A DNA stretch of 64,000 bases, taken from Phycisphaerales bacterium. GTDB lineage: Bacteria; Planctomycetota; Phycisphaerae; Phycisphaerales; UBA1924. A program made the translations under genes and the position numbers. The notes below the pieces were generated by a model. That model was not told where the DNA came from. It saw only the letters and a list, made by a program, of their open reading frames with translations, and searched no databases. Within the stretch, counting starts at the first letter, position 1. Every line of letters starts with the position of its first letter. Location of the stretch: contig JBBQMD010000004.1 in NCBI GenBank assembly GCA_038328575.1, forward strand, positions 22,528 to 86,527, given 5' to 3'. This document shows, piece after piece, positions 1 through 8,113 of the stretch.

Positions 1-97
1 AGCCCCCGCGTCCGCCGCCTCCCCCGCTGCTCCCGCGAAGCCGACGACCCCCGCCGACGCCAAGCCCAGCGATGCCAAAGCCTCACAAACCAAGGGC

Positions 98-676
98 GTG
101 TTGGACTTCACGCTGACTGATATCGACGGCCAGCCGTACGACCTCGCCCAGCACAAGGGCAAGGTGGTGATGCTCGTGAATGTCGCCAGCAAGTGCGGGC
201 TGAGGCCGCAGTATGCGGCGCTGCAGAAGCTCAATGAGGAGTACAAGGAACAGGGGCTCGTGGTCATCGGCCTGCCCTGCAACGACTTCCTGGAGCAGGA
301 GCCCGGCACCGAAGCCGAGATCAAGGCGTTCTGCTCGTCCACCTACGGCGTCTCGTTCCCCATGATGTCCAAGGTCACGATCAAGGGCGCGTCGCGCTCG
401 CCGATCTACCAGTTCATCATCGATCAACCCGCGCCCATCGGCGACGGCAAAGAGCCGAGCTGGAACTTCACCAAGTTCATCGTCAACCGCGATGGCAAGC
501 TCGTCGAACGCGTCGAGCCCCGGACCTCGCCGACAGATGAAAAGGTTGTCGCCCGGATCAAGGCACTGCTAAGCGAGAAGCCCTCGACACCCGCCGATGC
601 GCCGAAGCCGGACGCAAAGTCGCCAGCTCCTGCGACCACCGCTCCCGGCGCGTCGCCCGCGGCCCCGAAGAAGTAA
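98..676 (+). CDS. Glutathione peroxidase (Cys-type) with Pro/Ala/Lys-rich C-terminal tail
   Basis: GPx signatures 'LVNVASKCG' (Cys codon TGC at 194-196, not TGA), 'GLPCNDF', 'WNFTKF'. GTG start at 98. The same frame stays open and Pro/Ala-rich back to base 2, so the true start may lie upstream of the window. Confidence 0.85.
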   Translation: MLDFTLTDIDGQPYDLAQHKGKVVMLVNVASKCGLRPQYAALQKLNEEYKEQGLVVIGLPCNDFLEQEPGTEAEIKAFCSSTYGVSFPMMSKVTIKGASRSPIYQFIIDQPAPIGDGKEPSWNFTKFIVNRDGKLVERVEPRTSPTDEKVVARIKALLSEKPSTPADAPKPDAKSPAPATTAPGASPAAPKK

Positions 677-1099
677 TCACGTTGCGCTGATCGCACTGGC
701 GATCTTCGCCGCCAGGGCGGAACCCTCAACTGGGTCGAGCTTTGTCGCGGGCCACGTGATGCCCAGGCCAGACTTCGCGCTGGGCTTGGGGATCACATGG
801 AAGTGCACGTGCATCACCGCCTGGTTCGCACGCTCGCCGTTGTTCTGCAAGACGTTGTAATCTATACACCCGGTCGCGTGCATCACCGCCCGGCAGATGC
901 GCGGTAGCGCCCGCCCGATCGCGCTCGCAGACTCATCGCTCAGCTCCGCCAGCGTCGCCTTCGCCTCACGCGGCACAACCAGCGTGTGCCCCGCACTCAG
1001 CGGCGCGACATCAAGAAATGCGAAGACGAGCGAGTCCTCGTAGACCTTGTGGCAGGGGATGTCGCCGCGGATGATCTTGGTGAAGACGGAGTCGGGCAT
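677..1099 (-). CDS. HIT-family (histidine triad) protein
   Basis: 'HVHFHVIPKP' histidine triad and 'GDIPCHKVYEDSLVFAFLD'. I trimmed the 171-aa track ORF to the ATG at 1099 (MPDSVFTKII...). Its stop abuts the GPx stop (676/677). Confidence 0.85.
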   Translation of the reverse strand: MPDSVFTKIIRGDIPCHKVYEDSLVFAFLDVAPLSAGHTLVVPREAKATLAELSDESASAIGRALPRICRAVMHATGCIDYNVLQNNGERANQAVMHVHFHVIPKPSAKSGLGITWPATKLDPVEGSALAAKIASAISAT

Positions 1100-1219
1100 G
1101 GCGGGAGGGGAATGGGACTTAGGGACCAAAAGATAGAGTGGGCGGGGGCAAGGGATAGGGGAATCCGGGTATCGAGGGATCTGGGAAGGCAAGGGGAAGC
1201 GCAGGGTCCGCGGGACGCC

Positions 1220-2794
1220 TTACGAGAATATTCGTTCTTGCGGTGGCACGATTTCGTCGGTGACGGGGTGGTCTACGTCAAGGCGATAATCGCCGGAATA
1301 GCACGCGGTACACCAGTGCTCCGGCGGGCGGCCGGCGCAAGCGAGCATGCCGTCGAGCGAGAGATACGCCAGCGAATCGACGCGTAGGAACTCGCGGATT
1401 TCTTCGACGCTGCGACCGCTTGCGATGAGCTGGTCGCGCGTCGCGAAATCGACGCCGAAAAAGCACGGATGGCGGATGGGCGGGCATGAGATCCGCAGGT
1501 GGATCTCTTTGACGCCGGCGTTCCGAATCTGTTCGATCTTGGCGCGGGTGGTGGTGCCGCGAACGATGGAGTCGTCGACAATGATCAGGCGTTTGTCTTT
1601 GACAATCTGCGAGATGACGTTGAGCTTGAGACGCACCGCGGCTTGTCGCTGCTGGGGCGTGGGTCGGATGAAGGTGCGGCCCACGTAGCGGTTGGGCACG
1701 ATCGCCTCGCGAAGCTGGATGCCGCTGGCGCGTGCGTATCCCACGGCTGCGGAGCGACCGGAGTCGGGCATGGGCACGACGTAGTCGGCTTCGACGGGCG
1801 ACTCGCGCGCCAGCGCCTCGCCGAAGGCTTCTCGCGTAAGTTGAACGTTCTGGCCGAAGACCAGCGACGCGGGGTGGGCGAAGTAGACGTGTTCGAACAC
1901 GCAGTGCGCCGGCGGGACGCTGGTCTCCGCGAAGCGGCGCGAGCTCACGCCCTTGTCCGAGAGCGTGACGATCTCGCCGGGATCAATCTCGCGGACGTAC
2001 TCAGCGCCCATCACCTCAAGCGCAACCGTTTCGGACGCGACGCAGTGTTGCCCGCTGGGGAATCGCCCGAGCACCAGCGGGCGCCAGCCCCAGGGATCAC
2101 GCGCGGCTTCGATGCGGTCACGAAAGAGCATGACCAGCGAGAACGCGCCTTCGAGGTGGCGAAGACTCGCTACCAGCGGGTCGCTGGTTTGTTGCTGCGC
2201 CGGGGCGGCAAGCAGGTGGATGATGACTTCGGTGTCGCTGGTGGTGTGGAAGAGGTGCCCGGCCTTCTCGAACTGATCGCGAAACGCCGCGGCGTTGATG
2301 AGGTTGCCGTTATGTGCGATCGCGACCTGCCCGCCAACATAGCTCTCCAGCAGCGGCTGGGCGTTGCAGGCCAGCGACCCGCCGGCGGTCGAGTACCGGT
2401 TGTGGCCGATGGCCCCGGCGGTGGCGAGGGCGTCGAGTTTGGCCAGCAGGTCAGGGCCTAGCACCTCGGGGACCAAGCCCATTCCGGTGTGGGCGGTGAG
2501 CCGCGAGGAGTCGGACACTGCGATGCCAGCGGATTCCTGCCCGCGATGCTGCTGGGCATAGAGGCCGAGGTAAACGGTGGACGCTGCGCCGGGCACGCCC
2601 CAGACACCGACCACGCCGCACTTTTCCTTTTTTTCGTAGGCGTCGATCTGCTCGGCGGCGGTTGCCGGCGAGTGACCGGCCTGCCCAGCAACATCCGGCG
2701 AGTGTCCGGCACGCGGGGCACGCGTAGCGCGATGAGCGTTTGCGGCGTGCGCCGTCGGCGAGATCAGCACCGGGAGAGAGATTGTGTGGGCCAT
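1220..2794 (-). CDS. purF: Amidophosphoribosyltransferase (glutamine-PRPP amidotransferase), Fe-S type
   Basis: 'CGVVGVWG' N-terminal nucleophile Cys, 'GHNRYSTAG', PRPP loop 'LIIVDDSIVRGTT', C-terminal 'CTACYSGDY'. Start unresolved (ATG 2794 or 2827, GTG 2770). Every option leaves a long leader before the catalytic Cys codon (2618-2620). Confidence 0.9.
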   Translation of the reverse strand: MAHTISLPVLISPTAHAANAHRATRAPRAGHSPDVAGQAGHSPATAAEQIDAYEKKEKCGVVGVWGVPGAASTVYLGLYAQQHRGQESAGIAVSDSSRLTAHTGMGLVPEVLGPDLLAKLDALATAGAIGHNRYSTAGGSLACNAQPLLESYVGGQVAIAHNGNLINAAAFRDQFEKAGHLFHTTSDTEVIIHLLAAPAQQQTSDPLVASLRHLEGAFSLVMLFRDRIEAARDPWGWRPLVLGRFPSGQHCVASETVALEVMGAEYVREIDPGEIVTLSDKGVSSRRFAETSVPPAHCVFEHVYFAHPASLVFGQNVQLTREAFGEALARESPVEADYVVPMPDSGRSAAVGYARASGIQLREAIVPNRYVGRTFIRPTPQQRQAAVRLKLNVISQIVKDKRLIIVDDSIVRGTTTRAKIEQIRNAGVKEIHLRISCPPIRHPCFFGVDFATRDQLIASGRSVEEIREFLRVDSLAYLSLDGMLACAGRPPEHWCTACYSGDYRLDVDHPVTDEIVPPQERIFS

Positions 2795-2839
2795 TGAACA
2801 ACGATACGCGCGGCGGATCGATCGCACGCGCCAATCCGA

Positions 2840-3694
2840 TCAGCGCGACGCGCCGGGCGAGCCTGTTCCCAGTCGCCCCTTCAACTCTGTCGCCGCGTCC
2901 CGGGCGCGCGTGCGGAGCGCATCGATTTCCTCCTGACGCCGGGCGGAGTATCGCGCGATGAGCTGGCCCTTGGGCCCGACCAGGTAGATCTCAAAGGGAT
3001 GGATGATGTTGCTCATCGTGCTGCCGTCGGCCAGCGTGATCGGGTCGTCTCCCGCTTCGTCAACGTGGACCTTGAAGTCGTTGACAAGGAGTTGGCGGGC
3101 AATGAGCGCCGGCGCGCCGTTCTCCAGCGGGTGCGGCTCGGTGACGAACTTCCACGTCCGCCAGTCCACGCCCACCTTCTGGCCCCACTGCTTCATGATG
3201 CTGGGCGAGTCGTGCTCCGGGTCAAGGCCCATCGCGACAAACTGCACATTCGTGTCCGCAAGGTCTCGCTGGAGATTGATCATCTGCGCGATGATCGTCG
3301 GGCACGCAAGCGGGCAGTTGCTGAACACCCACGAAGTGATCGTCACGCGCTTGGAAAAGATCGACTCGGTGACGCCTTCGCCTTCCTGGTCAACCAGTCG
3401 GAATGGCGAAATCTGAATCAAATCACCCGGGTAATCCGGCGAGAGAGGCGTGCGCGGCGCCGGCTTGTCGGCAGGCTGCGCCGGGTAGTTCACCAGCGCG
3501 TAGCCGCTCAACACCAGGAACACCGCCCCGACAATCACCAGCGCCTTCATCCATTTGGGCGTGCCGATCGCGCCCGGCGTTGGGCCTGCGGAGCCTGCGC
3601 TGGCCAGCGACCCCGGCTGCTGAGAACGAATCGATTCGGTCGATGGCGCCGGGTCAGCAGATGACATTGCCAGGGGCTCCTTGGTCACAGGCAT
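2840..3694 (-). CDS. SCO1/SenC-family copper chaperone, membrane anchored
   Basis: 'SNCPLACP' CxxxC copper site, downstream His in 'NIIHPFEIYLVGP', one TM 'ALVIVGAVFLVLSGYALV'. Start could be ATG 3694, 3715 or 3667. Confidence 0.8.
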   Translation of the reverse strand: MPVTKEPLAMSSADPAPSTESIRSQQPGSLASAGSAGPTPGAIGTPKWMKALVIVGAVFLVLSGYALVNYPAQPADKPAPRTPLSPDYPGDLIQISPFRLVDQEGEGVTESIFSKRVTITSWVFSNCPLACPTIIAQMINLQRDLADTNVQFVAMGLDPEHDSPSIMKQWGQKVGVDWRTWKFVTEPHPLENGAPALIARQLLVNDFKVHVDEAGDDPITLADGSTMSNIIHPFEIYLVGPKGQLIARYSARRQEEIDALRTRARDAATELKGRLGTGSPGASR

Positions 3695-3751
3695 TATGAC
3701 TTTACGACCGCCCACGGGCTTCGGTTCGGTTGACCTGAAGCCGCAACGAAC

Positions 3752-4573
3752 TTACGCGGAGCGCCCGCGGCTCAGCACCACCCACCCGAACCCCGCGCCC
3801 ACGAGGGCAAACACCGATGCCAACAGCCAGTGCTGCGGAGTGACGCGCTCAAATCCTTGCAGCAAGGCGGTGCGGGCCAGGTCGCTGGGCCAGGTGAGCG
3901 GGTTGAGTTTCATCGCATACTGCATCGGCATTGACGCCCCCTGCGCCGGAAAGAATGCCCCCGACAGGAGCAACATCGGCATGAGCACCAGGTTCATCAC
4001 GGCGTGAAAGCCCGACGTGCTGTTCACCCGCCACGCAAACGCGAGCCCGATCCCCGTGATCCCCAGGCTCATCAGCGCGATCGCGACCAGCGCGATGAGG
4101 TACGAAACGGGGTGAAACGGCAGACCTGCCAGCGGACCCGCGGCCAGCATGACCGCGCTCTGGGCGCTGGCGATCAGCGCCGAGCCGACGACCTTGGCCC
4201 CGACGATTGACCACGTCGGCGCCGGGCTCACGATCGCACCCTGCAGGAATCCCTCGTTGCGGTCCTCGATCAGCGACATCGCGGCGAAGATCGACGTGAA
4301 CACGCTGGTCATCGCGCTCATGCCGACCACGAGATACGCCCCATATGGCACGCCGCCGGCGATGGTGGAGCCGGCCATTTGCAGCGAGAACGATTCCCCG
4401 AAGCCGGAGGCCAGCACGACCCAGATGATGGCGGGAGTGGCGATGCTGGCCGCGACGCGCGCGGGCTGACGCCAGAATCGCGCAAGCTCGCGCCAGAGCA
4501 GCGCACTAAACGCGGCGATGCCGGGCGCTCCGCCGGCTCGCGCGTGCCCGGTGCTCGCGATCGCCTGGGTCAT
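3752..4573 (-). CDS. ABC-2 type transporter permease
   Basis: Multi-span hydrophobic protein with ABC-2 architecture. It overlaps the upstream ATPase gene by 4 nt (4570-4573). Confidence 0.75.
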   Translation of the reverse strand: MTQAIASTGHARAGGAPGIAAFSALLWRELARFWRQPARVAASIATPAIIWVVLASGFGESFSLQMAGSTIAGGVPYGAYLVVGMSAMTSVFTSIFAAMSLIEDRNEGFLQGAIVSPAPTWSIVGAKVVGSALIASAQSAVMLAAGPLAGLPFHPVSYLIALVAIALMSLGITGIGLAFAWRVNSTSGFHAVMNLVLMPMLLLSGAFFPAQGASMPMQYAMKLNPLTWPSDLARTALLQGFERVTPQHWLLASVFALVGAGFGWVVLSRGRSA

Positions 4574-5718
4574 CGCGGCTCCTTCGCGCTGCGAGCCGCG
4601 TTGCTGATGAGCGGCTTGCCGGTGAGGGAGAGATACAGGTCCGCCAGCGTCGGTGGGCCGACCTGAAAGGTCAGCCCCGCGTGCGTCAGCCGCTTCACGG
4701 CGTCGTCGGTGCGCGCCGGCGTGCCCGGGCGCGAGGGCGTCGATCGCCCAAGCACAATCCCGCCCGGCTCGGTCGTGACCTCCAGCCCGCAGCCTGCCAG
4801 CAACGCTGGCACGTCCAGCGCCTCGCCCGGCGGGAGTGTGACGCGGATCACCGTCCCGCCCAGACGGCGCTGCAAGTCCGTTGGCGCGCCATCGGCGACG
4901 ATCGCGCCGTCGTGCAGTAGGACCACGCGCTCGGTCAACTCTGCCTCGTCCATCAGATGCGTGGACATCACGATCGTGAGCGGCCCGCGATCGCTATCGC
5001 CACTCTCGCCTGCCTCGTTCACATCGTCCACCCGGCGCGCGGCTCGGGCGCTCGCGAGCGAGCTGAAGAACTCCAGCCTAGCGCGAAGATCCAGCCCGCT
5101 GGTCGGCTCGTCAAGAAACAGCACGTCCGGATCGCCCATGATCGCGCGCGCCAAGTCGACGCGTCTCGCCAGCCCACCCGACAGCGTCTTGACTCGATCG
5201 GCCATTCGGTCAGTAACGCCCAGCGCCGCCGCGGCCCGCCCCGCGGCCTCGGTTGCCTGTCGCGATGACATCGAGAGCAGCGCCCCGGCGAGCCGCAGGT
5301 TCTCCGCGACGGTCAACATCGGATCCAGCGCCGGCGACTGAAACGCGACACCGATTCGCTTGCGGATAGAGGCCAGCGCCGCAGGCCCCGCCAGCGCGTC
5401 GTGCCCCAGAACGTGGATCTGCCCCGAGTCCGGGCGGTGCAAGGTCGCCATTGCCTTGAGCAGTGTGGACTTACCCGAGCCATTGGGCCCAAGCAGCGAC
5501 ACCCACTGCCCGCGCGAGATCGCCAAGTCTGCCCCGGCCAGCGCCACGCGCCGCTCCGATTGGCCCATCCGACGCGCCGCCCGCACCAGCGGATACGTCT
5601 TGCGGACGCCGTGGACGACGATCGCATGTGTGACCCGCGCCACCGACTCCACTGCGAGCGTGCCGACGCCCGGCCTCCTGCGCATCTGCTCCGGAGACTG
5701 TGGTGAGGGATCGTGCAT
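4570..5718 (-). CDS. ABC transporter ATP-binding protein
   Basis: Walker A 'GPNGSGKST', signature 'LSGGLARR', Walker B 'VLFLDEPTSGLD', H-loop 'STHLMDEA'. It also has an acidic insert and a C-terminal extension. Confidence 0.9.
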   Translation of the reverse strand: MHDPSPQSPEQMRRRPGVGTLAVESVARVTHAIVVHGVRKTYPLVRAARRMGQSERRVALAGADLAISRGQWVSLLGPNGSGKSTLLKAMATLHRPDSGQIHVLGHDALAGPAALASIRKRIGVAFQSPALDPMLTVAENLRLAGALLSMSSRQATEAAGRAAAALGVTDRMADRVKTLSGGLARRVDLARAIMGDPDVLFLDEPTSGLDLRARLEFFSSLASARAARRVDDVNEAGESGDSDRGPLTIVMSTHLMDEAELTERVVLLHDGAIVADGAPTDLQRRLGGTVIRVTLPPGEALDVPALLAGCGLEVTTEPGGIVLGRSTPSRPGTPARTDDAVKRLTHAGLTFQVGPPTLADLYLSLTGKPLISNAARSAKEPR

Positions 5719-5754
5719 CTGGAAAAACTACCCCGCCAACCCCTGTCAAAGCGA

Positions 5755-6831
5755 TCAGCGAAGCAGCGCCCGAAGCACACTCTCGCCAACCATGAACAGC
5801 AACAGCAAGGGCAGATGAATGATTGATCCGATGAACACCGCTCGTGCCCGCGCTCTGGATCGTTCGAGCATGAGTTGAACGGTCGACGCCAGGAAGACGA
5901 GGCTGGTGAACGACGCCGCGGCGACGTACACAGGGCCAAGCCGATCGGGCATCGCAAACGCCGGCGCAACCGTCGCCGGGATCAGCAGCACCGCCCACGC
6001 AGCGACCATGAACGAAGTCAGATGTCCGGAGCGATCAAAGATCGGCAGCATCTTGAAGCCGCCCTGTGCGTAATCATCGCGGTACATCCACGCGATGGCC
6101 AGGAAGTGCGGAATCTGCCACACGAACATGAGCCCGAAGAGCGACCAGCCCCCCCACTCCGCCAGCGATGCGAAGCTCATTGGGTCGGTCGTCAGCGTGC
6201 GCCCGGCGCACCAGCCGATCAAAGGAGGCAGCGCCCCCGGCACCGCGCCCACCAGCGTCGAGAGCGGCGTCACCGGCTTCATCGGCGTGTACAGCAGCAC
6301 ATAGATCAGGATGGTGACCAGCGAGACCGTGGTCGCCGCGGGCCCGCAGAGGAACCAGAGTGTGACGACGCCCGTGATGCTGAACAACACGCCAGCGAGC
6401 ACCGCATGGTCCGGGCTCAAGCGACCGGTGGGGATCGGGCGGGCGCGAGTGCGGGGCATCAGCGCGTCGCGCCGATACTCCCACCATTGATTGAGCGAGT
6501 TGGCCCCGCTGGCCGAAAGAGCCGTGCCGATGATGCAGCCGAGGCCCGTGAGCAGCGTCCCCAGCGTCGTGATCGACGTGCGCTGCCCGGCAATGGCGAG
6601 CACAAAGCCCACCGCCGCGGTCAGCACGACCAATCGCGTGATTCGCGGCTTGCTGAGTTCCAAGATCGCGCCAAGCCCACGCGGCAGCGCCTGACGCGCC
6701 GCGGCCGCCTCGGGGGATTCCTTCGCCGGCGCGTCGAGGCGCACCAGACTCCAATCGGTCAACGACACCGCCATCGCGCCGCCGACGGGCGAGGCGGGTT
6801 GCGAGCCAGATGCGTGGTTCGATCGGTGCAT
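5755..6831 (-). CDS. ctaB: Protoheme IX farnesyltransferase (heme O synthase), UbiA family
   Basis: 'NQWWEYRRDALMPRTRARPIPTGRL' and 'YRDDYAQGGFKMLP' motifs, many TM segments. Start trimmed to ATG 6831 (MHRSNH...) so it does not run through the divergent thioesterase gene. Confidence 0.85.
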   Translation of the reverse strand: MHRSNHASGSQPASPVGGAMAVSLTDWSLVRLDAPAKESPEAAAARQALPRGLGAILELSKPRITRLVVLTAAVGFVLAIAGQRTSITTLGTLLTGLGCIIGTALSASGANSLNQWWEYRRDALMPRTRARPIPTGRLSPDHAVLAGVLFSITGVVTLWFLCGPAATTVSLVTILIYVLLYTPMKPVTPLSTLVGAVPGALPPLIGWCAGRTLTTDPMSFASLAEWGGWSLFGLMFVWQIPHFLAIAWMYRDDYAQGGFKMLPIFDRSGHLTSFMVAAWAVLLIPATVAPAFAMPDRLGPVYVAAASFTSLVFLASTVQLMLERSRARARAVFIGSIIHLPLLLLFMVGESVLRALLR

Positions 6832-6922
6832 GCGATGCTCCGAGACGGGGAACGTCTGGCGACCAGACGCGAACACAATGCTATGGGCCGCGGGATCGCC
6901 CCGGCGTGATATCCTGCTGTCG

Positions 6923-7369
6923 ATGAACTCCGACCGCTCACCACCCGCAAGCGCCGCCGCCCCCGCTGAGAACGCGTCGGGCGTGCCCACCAGATCGCTG
7001 GCCCTGCGCGTCATGACGATGCCCAAGGACACGAATCAATACGGCACGATTTTCGGTGGCGTCATCCTCTCGATCATCGATCAGGCGGGGTTCGTCCGCG
7101 CGCGCCAGCATGGGGCCCATCGCTGGGTGACGGTGGCGATGGACGCCGTGGAGTTCAAGCAGCCGGTGCTGCTGGGTGACGTGGTAAACGCATACGCGAC
7201 GACGGTGCGCTCGGGGCGCACGAGCGTGACGGTCCAGGTTGATGTCGAGGCCGAGCGATTCACGACCGGCCAGACCGTTTCGGTCACCGCCGCCCGGCTG
7301 GTGATGGTCAGCGTTGACGCTCAGGGCAAGTCGATCCCGTTCTCTTCGCCGCCGACGATTTCCGAGTAG
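6923..7369 (+). CDS. Acyl-CoA thioesterase, hotdog fold (YciA-like)
   Basis: 'LRVMTMPKDTNQYGTIFGGVILSIIDQAG' matches the YciA-type N-terminus. Start placed at ATG 6923 (MNSDRS...). Confidence 0.8.
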   Translation: MNSDRSPPASAAAPAENASGVPTRSLALRVMTMPKDTNQYGTIFGGVILSIIDQAGFVRARQHGAHRWVTVAMDAVEFKQPVLLGDVVNAYATTVRSGRTSVTVQVDVEAERFTTGQTVSVTAARLVMVSVDAQGKSIPFSSPPTISE

Positions 7370-7456
7370 GGTGGGGGTGCTGGCGTTGTAATAGCTCGGC
7401 CCAGCCCAATCCCCAACTTTTACCACCCCAGTACTCAACCCTTCCATACCCCGCCG

Positions 7457-8095
7457 ATGGAGCACGCGATGGCGAAGAACTCCGCACCGACCGTCCGAGC
7501 CTCACGCACCGCTGCCAGGAAGTCCGACCGCACCGGCACCAAACGCGGCGCGAAACCCATTGTGAAGTCCAAAGTCGCCCGCCCCGCGACCAAGAAGGCC
7601 CGAAAGCCCGTCGCCTCGCGAAATCGCAAGCCGGGCGTAACCAAAGCATCCACGCCGAAGGCAGAGCGCGGGCGTGTCGCGTCACCCGCCAAACGCACGA
7701 AGGGCAACCTCGGTACACTCCGAGTTCCCTCCCGGAAGCCAAAGATGCTCAACTCCACGCACGTCGAAGGTACAATGGTTGATGGCGTGCTCGTCGCCAA
7801 GCTCAAGTGCGAGAAGCTGGGCGAATACGAAGCGAGCATCGTGCAGGGAGACATCTCCGCCGCCGCCAAGGGCACGTCCTGGAAGGTGGCGCTGGATTTC
7901 ACGGACGTCCAGTTGATTTCCTCAGTGGGGCTCGGGCTGATCGTGACATTGAACAAGGCCGCCAAGACGAACAAGGGGCGGATGTCGATGTTCAATCTGA
8001 ACCCGAACCTGCTGAACCTGTTCAAGATCACCCGCCTGGACTCCGGGCTGCTGATCAAGTCCACGGCTCAAGAGGCGATAGAAGCGGTCAAGTGA
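7457..8095 (+). CDS. STAS-domain anti-sigma-factor antagonist with Lys/Arg-rich N-terminal extension
   Basis: 'LDFTDVQLISSVGLGLIVTL' SpoIIAA/RsbV-type motif with the conserved Ser. The first ~95 codons are K/R/A/P-rich with high third-position GC. An internal ATG at 7745 would give the STAS domain alone. Confidence 0.7.
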   Translation: MEHAMAKNSAPTVRASRTAARKSDRTGTKRGAKPIVKSKVARPATKKARKPVASRNRKPGVTKASTPKAERGRVASPAKRTKGNLGTLRVPSRKPKMLNSTHVEGTMVDGVLVAKLKCEKLGEYEASIVQGDISAAAKGTSWKVALDFTDVQLISSVGLGLIVTLNKAAKTNKGRMSMFNLNPNLLNLFKITRLDSGLLIKSTAQEAIEAVK

Positions 8096-8113
8096 TGCTT
8101 CGCGGGTGACGAG

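Noticed and set aside
1-97. In-frame Pro/Ala-rich extension upstream of the GPx GTG start
   Set aside because: It cannot be resolved because the frame runs off the window. GTG 98 gives a normal GPx N-terminus, so I did not annotate the extension.
194-196. Selenocysteine in glutathione peroxidase
   Set aside because: The active-site codon is TGC (Cys), not TGA.
1100-1125. A shared C-rich motif immediately upstream of the HIT ATG (rc 'GTCCCATTCCCCTCCCGCC-ATG') and the STAS ATG ('CCCTTCCATACCCCGCCG-ATG', 7438-7456)
   Set aside because: Only loose similarity (CCAT...CCCC...GCC) in pyrimidine-rich DNA, and two instances are insufficient. Needs genome-wide motif statistics.
7435-8064. 209-aa minus-strand ORF overlapping the STAS gene
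   Set aside because: It has no motifs, whereas the plus-strand frame carries an unmistakable STAS signature.
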